From Octopus bimaculoides (Eukaryota), in assembly GCF_001194135.2 (NCBI RefSeq), contig NC_068996.1:15499203-15547972 (forward strand): a stretch of 48,770 nt of DNA, written 5' to 3'. A model generated the notes under the pieces. It saw nothing but the letters and a program-made list of their open reading frames with translations. It made no database searches and had not been told where the DNA came from. Each line of letters opens with the position of its first letter. Position 1 is the stretch's first letter. Shown piece after piece: positions 36,386 through 48,729 of the stretch. The translations under genes were made by a program, and so were the position numbers.

Positions 36386-37750
36386 TATTACTCTGCGCGC
36401 GAAAACGAAAGCAGGGTACAGTAATCACTCGTTTTTGTCTGTGTTTTTGCAAAATTACTGGAAAACGGCTGAACGGATTTTCACCAAATTTGGCAGAAAC
36501 ACTCATTGGGTGAGTAGATCGAAATGTTAAACTTCTGTTTTGATCATCTTAAAAACAAAAAAAAAAAATTGATCGAACTTAGAAATTTCCCCATAAGCAA
36601 GTGGTCATATTATTTTGTTCACTTTGTTTTTCATATGGATCGACTCTCGTCTGCGTGTGTATAGATCATGGTGTAGATATGCGCGTAGACACGTGTTTGT
36701 ACGTACATACATACGTATACAATTCTGTGTGTGTGTGTGTACCGGTGTGTGTGTGTTTGTGTGCCAGCGTGTGTATGTGTGTGTACCTGTGTGTATGTGT
36801 GCACGCTAGCGTATGTGTGTGTGTATGTGTGTGTGTGTGTACTGTGATGGATCCGAGAGTTTCGTTTGTTTACGAGTTGATTTCTTAATTTCAACGGAGT
36901 ATAAATACCCACAATGGTGGTACTTCAAAAAAAAAAAAAAATTTAATCGAATTTACAAATTTCCCGATAACAAAGTGGTCATATTATTTTGTTCACTTCC
37001 TTTTTTAATATGAAGTGATCCTCGTCTGCGTTGATATAGACCACGGTGTACTTATGCGCGTAGACACGTGTGGGTACATAAATACATACATACGCAGATA
37101 TTCGACTGGATATGTGTGTGTGTGTGTTTGTGTTTGTGAGCGTGTGTATGTGAGTGTGTTTGTGTGTGTGTGTGGATTCAAGGGTTTCGTTTATTTATGA
37201 CTTGATTTCTTAATTTTACCGGAGTATAAACGGTGATACTTAAGAAAAAATAAAATAAAATAAAATTTTAAAAATCGAACTTACAAATTTCCTGATAAGC
37301 AAATGGTCATATCATTTTGTTCACTTTCTTTTTCATATGAATCGACCCTCGTTTGCGTGTATATAGAACATGGTGTATCTATGCACATAGACACGTATGG
37401 GTACATACATACAGGCACACATATATACGTGCTTACTTATATACATACAAACATACATACATACATACATACATACACACATACATACATACATACATAC
37501 ATACATAAGTATTGACTTTATGTGTGTGCTTGTGTGTGTGTGTGTGTGTGTGTACACTGGTAGATTCGAGGGTTTCGCTTATTTAGGAGCTGATTTCTTA
37601 ATTTCACAGGTGTATATAATGGTGGTACTTAAAAAAAAAGTTTAATTCAGTTCAGTTAAAAAGCATGGGTAAGCAACACATTGTAAGCCACACTAATTTG
37701 CGAAGAAATTTATCTGAGCGCAGGGTATGCATCGCCCCTCCAATGCCTCT
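36386..37750 (+). mobile_element. Helentron-associated (HINE/DINE-1-like) non-autonomous element with internal tandem array
   Basis: 5' tattactctgc...gcagggta short IR, then gtttttgtctgt...aaacggctgaacggattttcaccaaatttggc (HINE-type conserved block), three tandem units, and a second gcagggta near 37720. Confidence 0.6.
36572..37645 (+). repeat. Three tandem 330-375 bp units, each with an internal microsatellite
   Basis: Units start atcgaa(c/t)tta(g/c)aaatttcc at 36572, 36946 and 37274 and share tggtcatat..ttttgttcact, tagacacgt and ttgatttcttaattt. Confidence 0.9.
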
Positions 37751-37975
37751 TTTTACTTTTTCATTGAATTATATTTGTAATAGCTAACAAACGCTTTGAG
37801 ACCCACTCTCTTTCCTTTGTCAACTAAAAGGAAAGATATATAGATAGATAGATAGATAGATATTTATAAACATACATATACACATACATACATAGACGCT
37901 CATATTCATAGATACGTACATACACACATGCATACATATGTGCATACATACATACATACGTGCATATATAATGAT

Positions 37976-38345
37976 ATGATGATGATGATGATGATTGTCC
38001 ACTCATAACTGAGCAAGACCATCTTTCAGCATTAAGAACACTGCATTAGGACAAAGTTATTCTTGACACTTGTACTTCCGCTGGTGACTAATGAGACAAA
38101 TTCACGATGCACATACATGTCTGTAGGTATTGCAAACCAAATTCCGGCCCAATTCTCTGTACTGGTGATATCATTTCGAGCAGCTCGCTTAAAATCTGCA
38201 TGTAAAATGAATGTTTTCTTCGAAACTACCCACGCAGTTTACTTGTTTCCTCTGTCGCTGTTGATGACAAGCATTACTTTCCCAATGGGCCTCCCATATT
38301 TCCCTCGCCGTCAGCGAGGATTTAATACAATCCCGAAATTATAGT
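37976..38345 (-). mobile_element. RTE-clade LINE 3' end with (ATC)n tail
   Basis: Minus-strand translation with stops: FRDCIKSSLTAREIWEAHWESNA...GSFEE...VCNTYRHVCAS*ICLISHQRK matches the RTE C-terminal C..C.R.C.SRIGL.SH.R motif; a short 3' UTR then (atc)n follows. Confidence 0.75.
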
Positions 38346-38506
38346 TTAGATTTCTGCTGGGGAGTGCTTTCCACTGACAACATACGTACATACATACATA
38401 CATACATACATACATGCAAAGACATACACACATTCTATATTGCGACATATGTATTCCCTACCTCTCTTCTGCACCTCTCTCTCTCTCAAGCAAAAAAAAG
38501 CATATA

Positions 38507-38559
<53 letters not shown>

Positions 38560-38668
38560 GTATGTAATATTATTAGGGATAAAAATCCAAATTTACAGGT
38601 AAAAACTCAGTTAAATTCAATTTATTAAAAATTAGAATTAAATTAAGTTTAATTTAATTAACAGTGTT

Positions 38669-38824
38669 TTAGAACAAAGTTATTCTTGACACTTTAGTTC
38701 CGCTGGTGACTAATAAGACAAATTCATGATACACATACATGTCTGTAGGTATTGCAGACCAAGTTCCCCACAATTCTTTGCACCGGTGGTGTAATTTCGA
38801 GCAGCTCGCTTAAAATCTGCATGT
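38669..38824 (-). mobile_element. Second fragment of the same RTE 3' region
   Basis: Direct repeat of 38047-38203 with scattered substitutions. Confidence 0.75.
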
Positions 38825-39960
38825 CGTCTTATTATCATTATCTTATGATATTTACTTTGTATTATATTATACTTATTTATTGTGCTTTTACTTATTAATT
38901 TTTTCTATGTGTGACAGTGGATTTTCATCGATGAGTTCATGAACCTTGTTCTTTTCCCTAAAACTATATATATATATATATATATATGAAATCAAAATAA
39001 GCAACACGGATTTTAAAGATGATTGCAGTACGCACGTTTCATGCTACTCCATTTATTTAAGTAATGCGAGCATTACCTTAAATGCAATATGTAGAGCAAT
39101 CTTCAGCTGCACGAAAATGCAGANNNNNNNNNNNNNNNNNNNNNNNNNNNNNNNNNNNNNNNNNNNNNNNNNNNNNNNNNNNNNNNNNNNNNNNNNNNNN
39201 NNNNNNNNNNNNNNNNNNNNNNNNNNNNNNNNNNNNNNNNNNNNNNNNNNNNNNNNNNNNNNNNNNNNNNNNNNNNNNNNNNNNNNNNNNNNNNNNNNNN
39301 NNNNNNNNNNNNNNNNNNNNNNNNNNNNNNNNNNNNNNNNNNNNNNNNNNNNNNNNNNNNNNNNNNNNNNNNNNNNNNNNNNNNNNNNNNNNNNNNNNNN
39401 NNNNNNNNNNNNNNNNNNNNNNNNNNNNNNNNNNNNNNNNNNNNNNNNNNNNNNNNNNNNNNNNNNNNNNNNNNNNNNNNNNNNNNNNNNNNNNNNNNNN
39501 NNNNNNNNNNNNNNNNNNNNNNNNNNNNNNNNNNNNNNNNNNNNNNNNNNNNNNNNNNNNNNNNNNNNNNNNNNNNNNNNNNNNNNNNNNNNNNNNNNNN
39601 NNNNNNNNNNNNNNNNNNNNNNNNNNNNNNNNNNNNNNNNNNNNNNNNNNNNNNNNNNNNNNNNNNNNNNNNNNNNNNNNNNNNNNNNNNNNNNNNNNNN
39701 NNNNNNNNNNNNNNNNNNNNNNNNNNNNNNNNNNNNNNNNNNNNNNNNNNNNNNNNNNNNNNNNNNNNNNNNNNNNNNNNNNNNNNNNNNNNNNNNNNNN
39801 NNNNNNNNNNNNNNNNNNNNNNNNNNNNNNNNNNNNNNNNNNNNNNNNNNNNNNNNNNNNNNNNNNNNNNNNTATATACACACACACACGTTTATAAATA
39901 TATATATATATATATATTTATAAACGTGTGTGTATATGTATATATACATACGTGTATACA

Positions 39961-40095
39961 TTTCCTCTCAGTCCATTCTGTCGAAGAGCGTAGGCTCGAA
40001 GCGTCAAAGACTTTTCCATTTTCCCCGAGTGTCAAACTAATGCACCTGCTTGTTGTTCCCTCACCTACCTTCGTCTTTTGTTTTCTACACACTCA
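39961..40095 (+). mobile_element. Possible Penelope-type terminal repeat, family D, with degenerate hammerhead-like core
   Basis: agtccattCTGTCGAagagcgtaggctcGAAGCGTCaaagact; lies between AT/AC microsatellites. Confidence 0.4.
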
Positions 40096-40762
40096 CATAT
40101 GTATATTTATGCATGTATGTGTGTATTCATAAATATATGTTTATAAGTATTTGTGTGAGTGTATTGTATATGGATGTGTATTTATATGTCTGTATGCATG
40201 CGTATGTTCATGCATCGGTGTTGTGTTCAAACCCAGCTATATTTCATCGTCGCAAATACTTGTTAAATAATACACGAGCCCGTCTATGCTGTCCATGGCT
40301 GTATTACTTCTTTGAGCGGTGTTTTTTAGTATCTTAGATAGAGGGCCGCTGTGACTGGTGCCGAACGATCCTTTCACAGTATAGCATGACTGATTCTGAT
40401 AGAAGCCGACAAAGGAAAGCGAGAAAGGGAAAGAAAGAAAGAAAGAAAGAAAGAAATTGTTTGTTTGTGTGTGTGCGAGAGAGAGGGAGAGGGGTAGAAA
40501 GATTTAGAGATAGATAGGGAGAGAGATTTAAGAAGGGAGAAAGAGTGTTTCAATGATATTTTATTTCAACTCTGGAGGAAGGAATGGCAAAACTTGAACT
40601 CAGCACCCAATGAACCGAACGCTTGTTACAGAGATTTGTCGATCGCTTTTACGATTTAGTTAAATCACAGGCCTTCCATGAATATTACTTGCTCTAAGCT
40701 GATTACATTACAAACTCGTCATTGTATATAATCGGACTGTACATATGTATATTTATATGTAT

Positions 40763-41162
40763 TGTCGTTGTTGTTGTTGGCACTCTGTCGCTTACGACGT
40801 CGAGGGTTCCAGTAGATCCGATCAACGGAACAACCTGCTCGTGAAATTAACGTGCAAGTGGCTGAGCACTCCACAGACACGTGTACTACCCTTAACGTAG
40901 TTCTCGGGGAATTTTCAGCGTGACACTGTGTGACAAGACTGACCCTTTGAATTACAGGCACAACAGAAACAGGAAGAAAGAGTGAGAGAAAGTTGTGGTG
41001 AAAGAGTACAGCAGGGTTCGCCACAATCCCCTGCCGGAGCCTCGTGGAGCTTTTAGGTGTTTTCGCTCAATAAACACTCAGAACGCCCAGTCTGGGAATC
41101 GAAACTGCGATCCTATGACTGCGAGTCCGCTGCTCTAACCACTAGGCCATTGCGCCTCCACA
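40763..41162 (-). mobile_element. SINE family S1, full length, with 10-bp TSD
   Basis: Homologous to 27519-27865; TSD ttatatgtat at 40753-40762 and 41163-41172. Confidence 0.9.
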
Positions 41163-41344
41163 TTATATGTATATACATGCATGTATACATCTATGTATAC
41201 GTGCATGTGCTGCGCATAATCATGTAATTAAATGTACTAGCATGTGTTTTATTTATTAGCACGTGTTTTATTCGACACTTTCCTTAAGCTTGAAATAATT
41301 CCTAATTTAAGCATTATGCTAGCAGTTTTTTTTCTCTTTTTTTT

Positions 41345-42360
41345 AGGTGGGGGTTAATATTATCACCCCCGGTATTTGATAGTTGCTCTGTTTCATTGAT
41401 TTCGGTGAGATGGAAGCAAAGTTGAACTAAGGCTGGATCTGATCCTAGAATCTAACGAATCGGTGGAAATACCACATAGCATTTTTCCGACGCCCAACGA
41501 TTCTGCTAATACACGAGCGTTAGCAATAATATTAGTAACTGTCAGATTTAGGCACAAAGTCTATTTTAAGAGAAGGGAACAGTCGATACCGTCGACCCAA
41601 GTACTCGACTGGTACTTTAATTTTTCTATCTCTAAAAGATGATAATCAAGTTAACCTTGACAGGGTTTGAAACCAGAGCGTTAATGACCGGAAGAAATAC
41701 CGCATACGTTTTTTCTTTTTCTTTCTTTTTTTTTTTCGATTGATGCTCTGACGATTCTACCAACTCACTGACCCGAAAAACAACTGTGTAAATAGTTTCC
41801 AATTTTAGACCCAAGGCCAGTAATTTCTAGGAGAGAAGAATTAGACGATATCGTTAACCCCAGTACTTAAATAAGTACTTTATTTTATCAGCCCGAAAAG
41901 ATGAAACGTAATGTTGACTTCGATAGGGTTGGATCTAAGAACATAAAGAGCCGAACAACAAAATCAGCAACAACAATAACTATAATAATAATAATATTTT
42001 CTAATATAGGCACAAGGCCTGAAATTTTGCGGGGAGGGAGTCTACTCGATTATATCACTCCCAGTACATATTTCCTCGACCTTGGAAGGAAGAAAGGCAA
42101 AGTCGATCTCGGCGAAATTTGAACACTGGACGTAAATGCTGCTAAGCATTTCATACGGCGTGCTAAGGAGTCAGCCAGGAGTCTGCCTTGTAACTTTGTA
42201 ATCTGGGATCAAAGCCAGTAATTTTGAGAGCAAGGGATAAGGTGAACACATCGACCCCAGAACTCAACTGATACATTATTTTATCGAACCCGAAAGATTG
42301 AAAGATAAAGTTGACCCTTATATGGTTTGAACTCAGCGCGTAAAGAGGCGGATTGCCTTG
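41345..42360 (-). mobile_element. Cluster of five co-oriented diverged S4 SINEs
   Basis: Copies at about 41345-41510, 41545-41772, 41795-41960, 41995-42190 and 42200-42360, each with variants of gaccccag..actggtac..ttttatcgacc..gatgaaaggcaaagtcgacc..atttgaactc. Confidence 0.75.
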
Positions 42361-44032
42361 TACAATAATAATAAGACTATAACGAAGTGTAAGAAGGATA
42401 GGCTTTAGCAAAATAAATATACTTTGTCTATATATATTTCACATCAGTTTTCACATCCTTCAGCAGTTTGGATACAAATACAGATGTTTGAAGAATTATT
42501 AAGTTGACTTGGAAACGAATAATTTTCAAAGAGTTGTTTAAACATTCTTTTTTTTCATCCCCTTTTCATAATCAGGTTATTTCGAGGAAAGAATAATAAT
42601 TTTTTTCTTTTCCATTTTCTTCGTTTTGTTTTGTTCAATTTTCCTCTTTTTTTTTTTTTTTTTTTGCTTCTTATAACACTCAAGTATTTCACAGACTGTA
42701 TGTAGAATTCCTCAAAGGAGATTCGTCTACTGGTTACTTATTTTCCCTCCGCCCTCTACCTACCCCTTTATATTCAATTTTTTACTCTCGAATTCACGGA
42801 TTAATTATTGCTTTTACTTATAATTAGAATTTCTTGATTTTTCTTTTACTTCTGCTTATTCTCTCCGACCCCAACCCGTTCCTTTTAGTTTAATTACCAT
42901 TTTCTCCCCGAGGAATGTTTTTCGAACCACTTCCTGTTCTGTGTCGAAAATTTATTTTCAATTTCTAAATGTTAAACAAAATGTTTGACGCAACGTTGTT
43001 TAAGTTGTATTTATTTATATTTACACAAAAAGAAAGAAAAAAATTCCTAACAGATGATGGTATTTTTAGAATACTTCCTGCTCTTAGTTTCAGAATTATA
43101 TATCTTATTAAAGAGTGAACACATCTGAAGTTATTCATGTTAAAATCATATTAGTTGTTGCTGTTATATATTTTAATAGTAACTGTTATTTTAATGATTA
43201 ATTTTAAATCCTATCAAACTTTTTCTTGTTCAGTAATTACCAATTTATTATGTCAAAAAAATATTTCAAGCATCATTGGTATCACATTGGCAAAGATCAT
43301 CATCACCATCAGTATAGTTTCTTAGCACTTAAAAAAAAAATTTCATTCATGTTATATACATTTTCAGTATATTCAGACGTTAAATCATTCACTCGTTAAA
43401 TCAAAGCTAAAATGAATAACATATACACCCTAATAAGAAATTTCTTGCTTTATTTCTTTTACTTGTGTAATTTTAACCATGTTCCGTATTTAGTATCACA
43501 CATCAAAAGATGTCTGCTTTCATAATTTCTCTAATATTTTCCAATACATATGATATTAGACTAATTCAAACTCCTATTCGTCTTATATAAATTATGTCTA
43601 ATCAAACTGTCATTTTTCACGACGGTTGGGAAGATCTGTGATTTCGTCAACCAATTTTTTTTTATTTGTATTTCTTTTTTGTGTTTTTTCCTTTCACATA
43701 AATCCATTTCTTGACCAATCATATTAGATAGAGCTCGCAATGGGAAAACAGAATCAAACATTTTATAGATATTTTGTCATATCTCGGTAGGGTCATTATG
43801 CCAATGATAAACACACGCACTAGTTCTATTTCACTTCCGTATTATTAGTTTGTCGATTCGTTAAAAATGTGATCAATTAATTAATCGATTATTTGATTAA
43901 CCTTTTAGTTAATCAATCAATCAGCTAGATCTATTAAAGTCTTTTGGTCGACTTTCGTGACCCCATCAATGACATGTCCATCTCTATTCCAGGTTTACTT
44001 CGGGTCCTTGACAAACGTTGTTAATTGATTTA

Positions 44033-44034
<2 letters not shown>

Positions 44035-44079
<45 letters not shown>

Positions 44080-44154
44080 GATTGATTGATTGACCGTACG
44101 AGTAATCAAAGAGTCAATTAGTTAACTGGTTAAATATTAACGAATTGATTGACG

Positions 44155-44213
<59 letters not shown>

Positions 44214-44226
44214 AATAAATAAATAA
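44035..44226. repeat. (GATT)n, (AAT)n and (AAAT)n microsatellites
   Basis: Seen directly. Confidence 0.9.
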
Positions 44227-44726
44227 AATGGAATGGCATAATTACCTTCTTGGCATACAACAAAATATGTATATTTCAACACACAAGTTCGCATTAAGAA
44301 TATTGCATACCAAATAGAAAAAAAATGTTTTTACAGATAGTTTCTTTAATAATAAAACCAAATACAAACTGAAGGACTTGAAGAATCAGTCCATAAGGTC
44401 CATATAATTCTCTATATTAAGAAGGATGGCATGCCCCTTTGCATTTGTATTTGTGCCATTGTATGTGGTGTTGCTGTTTTATATATATATATATGTGTGT
44501 GTCATGGTGATGGTATTTGTGAGGAGTCTTAGTTGTGGGAAAATGTTTGTTTCATAAACGTTCTTTGATTTATCAACGAGGATAATGTACATTTGGTGAT
44601 TGTTAAATTTTTGCCATGTCATCATTTACAAATTTAAGGAAGAAATTAGAACGATGCCGAAACCTTACTTTCTTTGCAGTATTTCGTAAGTCAGTTTCAA
44701 AGCTCTCTAGAACCTTTGTGTATAAG

Positions 44727-44836
44727 TTGTATGTATGTATGTATGTATCTATGTATGTATGTATGTACGTATGGATGGATGGATGGATGGATGGATGGAT
44801 GGATGGATGTATCTGTGTGTGTGTGTATGTATGTAT
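44727..44836. repeat. (ATGT)/(ATGG) microsatellite
   Basis: Seen directly. Confidence 0.95.
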
Positions 44837-45098
44837 GAGCTGTCTTTGATGCTGTATTTCCTAGAAAGAACTCATATTTTAGAACTGTACGAATTTCCAA
44901 CTTATCCATCTCTAAACAAAAATAGCAAAAAACGATTTATAAATACCTTATAAAGCTCAAAATGAGTTTGAATAAATAAATAGATGTATCAGCTTTCTAA
45001 CAAAAATAAAGAGTATCAAAATATAATAATGGCGCAAAATGAGCAGCTGTCAAAGTTTACCATATATCCTGCTACAAATTTCATACTTGACGACCTAA
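44835..45098 (-). mobile_element. Mariner 5' end (TIR, 5' UTR, transposase start)
   Basis: Minus strand TA|ttaggtcgtcaagtatgaaa... then ATG at 44909 encoding MDKLEIRTVLKYEFFLGNTASKTA, similar to the Hsmar1/cecropia-type N-terminal HTH (MLDKKQIRAIFLFEFKMGRKAAETT); truncated at a microsatellite. Confidence 0.75.
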
Positions 45099-45103
45099 TA
45101 TTA

Positions 45104-45118
45104 ATTATTATTATCATT

Positions 45119-45204
<86 letters not shown>

Positions 45205-45217
45205 CATTATTATTATT
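45104..45217. repeat. (ATT)/(ATC) trinucleotide array
   Basis: Seen directly. Confidence 0.95.
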
Positions 45218-45440
45218 AAGGCGGCGAACAGGCAGAATCGTTAGCATATCGGGCAAAATGTTTAGCGGCATATAGTCCGTCCTTACGTTCTGAGTTCAAA
45301 TTACGCCGAGATTGACTTTGCTTTTCATCCATTCGGAGTCGATGAAAAAAAAGTACCAGTTAAGTACTGGGTTCGATGTAATCGACTTACTTCCTCCCCC
45401 AAATTTCAGGCTTTGTGCTTAATGTAGAAAGGTTTATTAC
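45218..45440 (+). mobile_element. SINE family S4, full length
   Basis: aaggcggcgaacaggcagaatcgttagc...ctgagttcaaattacgccgag...aaatttcaggctttgtgcttaatgtagaaagg. Confidence 0.9.
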
Positions 45441-45444
45441 ATCC

Positions 45445-45700
<256 letters not shown>

Positions 45701-46784
45701 AAATTATATTTAGCATACATCTATGTAAGTTTTAAATAGACTTTCAATATGATTGTTTTTCACAAATGTAGACAGTATATTTCAATCACAAATGTATGCT
45801 TTAAACCTCAAATAAGCTTTGGCATCCTGAACTTCAAGCTAAATATTCCAACGCTGTATTATTTCTATCAGAAGCGAACGAGAATAAAAGAAAAGAAAAA
45901 AAAAGTAATGAGAAGAAACTATATTTCCATTCTATGATCCATCCAGTTACTAAGTTGATCTCTGTCAAATTCGTTGATGTGACGTCTTTATTAAGCTACC
46001 GTTGGTATAAATAGATACCAGCACAAACTTAAGGCTATCTCTAAAAATATATTACATCCAGAATAATACACTGATATTATATACTTTTATCCTTGCACAG
46101 ACTTTAATTCTTCTTAAAACCTGATCTTATTATTCTATGCATAACTAAACAGTTTGAACAAGTCAGCGTTGTCAATTTTTTTCTTTTTTCCGAATTATTT
46201 CCTTCCCTTAGATAATCATGCCAGAAATCTCATCCAGTGAGAATCTGTCACGATATTTCTTATCCGGTTGATACTTGTTAGATAAAACACGTCTTATATC
46301 TGAAGAACTGAAGTATGTTACTTTCCTCTCGAGCTGTAAAAATTTCGAATTAGATTTTTCTTCCTCTTGGAAAGATAAACATCAAAATCATGGAAAGCAA
46401 CATCGATTATAGACTTTAAACTGTTCTAAAATTACATATTCCATGCTGTTACTTCAATTTTTCAGTTATGCCATCCTTAAATATCCTGCAATCCTTCCAA
46501 ATTGACAGTGTCTCCTTCTGTCCCTGTATATCCTTTCCCACAAAGTGAGATATCATCGGTTTTTCTGGATTTATTTTCCTTAGTTTTATACAAACTAGTG
46601 TGTTATCTTGTCATGCGATAAATGATGTTAGGATCACATTTTTGGCCTTTACGTGAAGATAACAGATAAAGTTATACGTCTATAACTAATTGATAGTTAA
46701 ACACCGTTATTCTTATTGATGAAATGCATATACACAGACACACACAACTGATAAATTTATGGATTGATGTCAGTTTCGTCACCT

Positions 46785-47151
46785 TAACTGCGGGACTTGC
46801 ATCAACCTCATTGAAAACGCTAAACATAAATTTAAATCAGAACAGATTTTCACCATATAAAAATATTTTACCTGTTCGTCAGAAAATATAATATGTGTCA
46901 TTAAATGTAAAGGATGTACCGCGGATCACAAAACGCACTCTTAGAAACTAAAGACACTCTTAGAAATAGAGTTACTATTCATAGACAACAAATACGAGAG
47001 CCCAGTACAAGGCAACTACCACTTCGTAGATAGAGACATTTGTGCAGCAAAAATAAGTTCCCCAAGTTCCAAATTTTTCCACAAACCAAGCATGAATACA
47101 CAAAGAAACTGTATTCATAGAAAGTACAAACCAAAACTGAATAAAGTTTAA
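46785..47151 (+). mobile_element. Penelope-like element GIY-YIG endonuclease remnant
   Basis: Translation with stops and frameshifts: CGTCINLI...FTCSSENIICVIKCKGC...TLRNRVTIHRQQIREPSTRQLPL...FPKFQIFP...FI.KYKPKLNKV*. It shows the CxxC linker, N(I/V)IY-like motif, R..H and E..I...P.LN features of PLE GIY-YIG domains. Confidence 0.8.
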
Positions 47152-47399
47152 CAAACCAAATTCACGAACTATTCACACACAAACTCATTCTACTGTTTGA
47201 CATGTTGGTTTTCAGATGTGATTTCTTTAATGAACTGATTAATATCATGTAAAAAAAAAAAGAAGCGTTTTCTTGAAGTGAATTAAGAGTAAAATTTAAC
47301 ACTAAGGATTTTTCGCACAAATAATATAGTATCCTCGACTCTACTTTACTGGTTTTGTTATTAAAAATACTTCGATTCTTCTGGATCCTGAAAATGTTA

Positions 47400-47430
47400 T
47401 ACATACATGCATACATACACACACACATAC

Positions 47431-47461
<31 letters not shown>

Positions 47462-47550
47462 CATACATACACACACACATACATACATGCATGCATGCGT
47501 GCATACATACATGCATATATACATACATACATACATACATACATACTTAT
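47400..47550. repeat. (ACAT)n compound microsatellite
   Basis: Seen directly. Confidence 0.95.
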
Positions 47551-48476
47551 ATACAAATATTCATATATATCTGTTGAAAAGTTGTATTCGTTTCTTTAGT
47601 ATCAATTCCCCCGAAAATTTGATGGAATTAAAATTATAAATATTGTACCTTTCTAACATTATTTCATATTACCTGGAGTATGGCCAGAGTATATTACCAA
47701 TGGTACTGTCATATGATGAGTAATGCGTTTATTGTATAAGTATTTAAATGGGTGCTAACATACTTAATGCAAAGAGTCTCCATCCGATTTTAATCAATGA
47801 AAATTACGCTCTTATCATTAAGATCGTAATCAGGTTTTGTGACAGGTTTTGTCAAGAATGGCAAGGTAGATAACACCGAAATTCAAATTGACTGAAATTA
47901 AATGTAGGCACGCAAAGGTGTGTGTTTATGTTTGATCATCTCTGAGAAATATGGTGAGATAATTCAGTAACTTGCTCCTTAGTGAAGTATAGTCTAAACA
48001 TATATTGTAGAACGTAAATAAAATGTGAGTCTATATCGGTTTTGAACGGAAAAAATTAATTTGCTTTCACTGATTTGGTATAATCTGAGCCAATTTCTCA
48101 AGGGTGCCTTCTGCATGAAAAACATATTTGAATAGAAGGTTAGGAAAATACTTAAAACAGTCAGTTAAAAAAAAAACTGTGCTAATCAAAATGTTGTTTA
48201 CGTCATAAAACTTGACAAACTTCGAAAGGACGTGAAATAATCCATTATTAACGGTTGAACTCGAATAGATAATAGATAAAGCTATAAATCCTAGCATGTA
48301 AATATTGGGCAGCTTTCAGTATTTTGTATCCAAAGGGGATTTTTTCACTCAGTATCTAACACGCTATTATTTATAGCCTTATCTTCTTCGAGTTCCACCG
48401 TTAAAATCTGGTCAAGCTGACACAAGTAATTGTACAAGTAAATTCATACACACACGCGCGCCTCCCCCCACACACG

Positions 48477-48577
48477 TATATACGACGGGCTTCTTTCAGC
48501 TTCCGTCTACCAAAATCTACTCCTAAGGTTTTGGTCGACCCATGGCTATAAATAGAAGACACTTGCCCAAGGTGCCA
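48477..48577 (-). mobile_element. SINE family S2 body fragment (no head)
   Basis: Reverse complement tggcaccttgggcaagtgtcttcta...ggtagacggaagctgaaagaagcccgtcgtata. Confidence 0.8.
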
Positions 48578-48729
48578 TGACTGCGTGGTAAGAAGCTTGC
48601 TACTCAACCACATGGTTCCGGCTTCAGTCTCATTGTGTGGCACCTTGGCATCTAGTTTCTTCTGCTATAGCCTCGGGCCGACCTAAACCTTACTAGCAGA
48701 TTTGATTGACGGAAACTGACAAAAGCTTG

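Noticed and set aside
36572-37645. CRISPR-like repeat-spacer array
   Set aside because: Units are about 350 bp with microsatellite cores in eukaryotic DNA and no cas genes; this is a tandem repeat.
38047-38824. LTR pair
   Set aside because: The repeats are coding-region fragments of an RTE LINE, with no TG..CA ends, PBS or PPT.
46212-46312. Exon-like segment with strong acceptor and GTATGT donor
   Set aside because: Stop codons in all three frames; it could only be a non-coding exon, for which there is no evidence.
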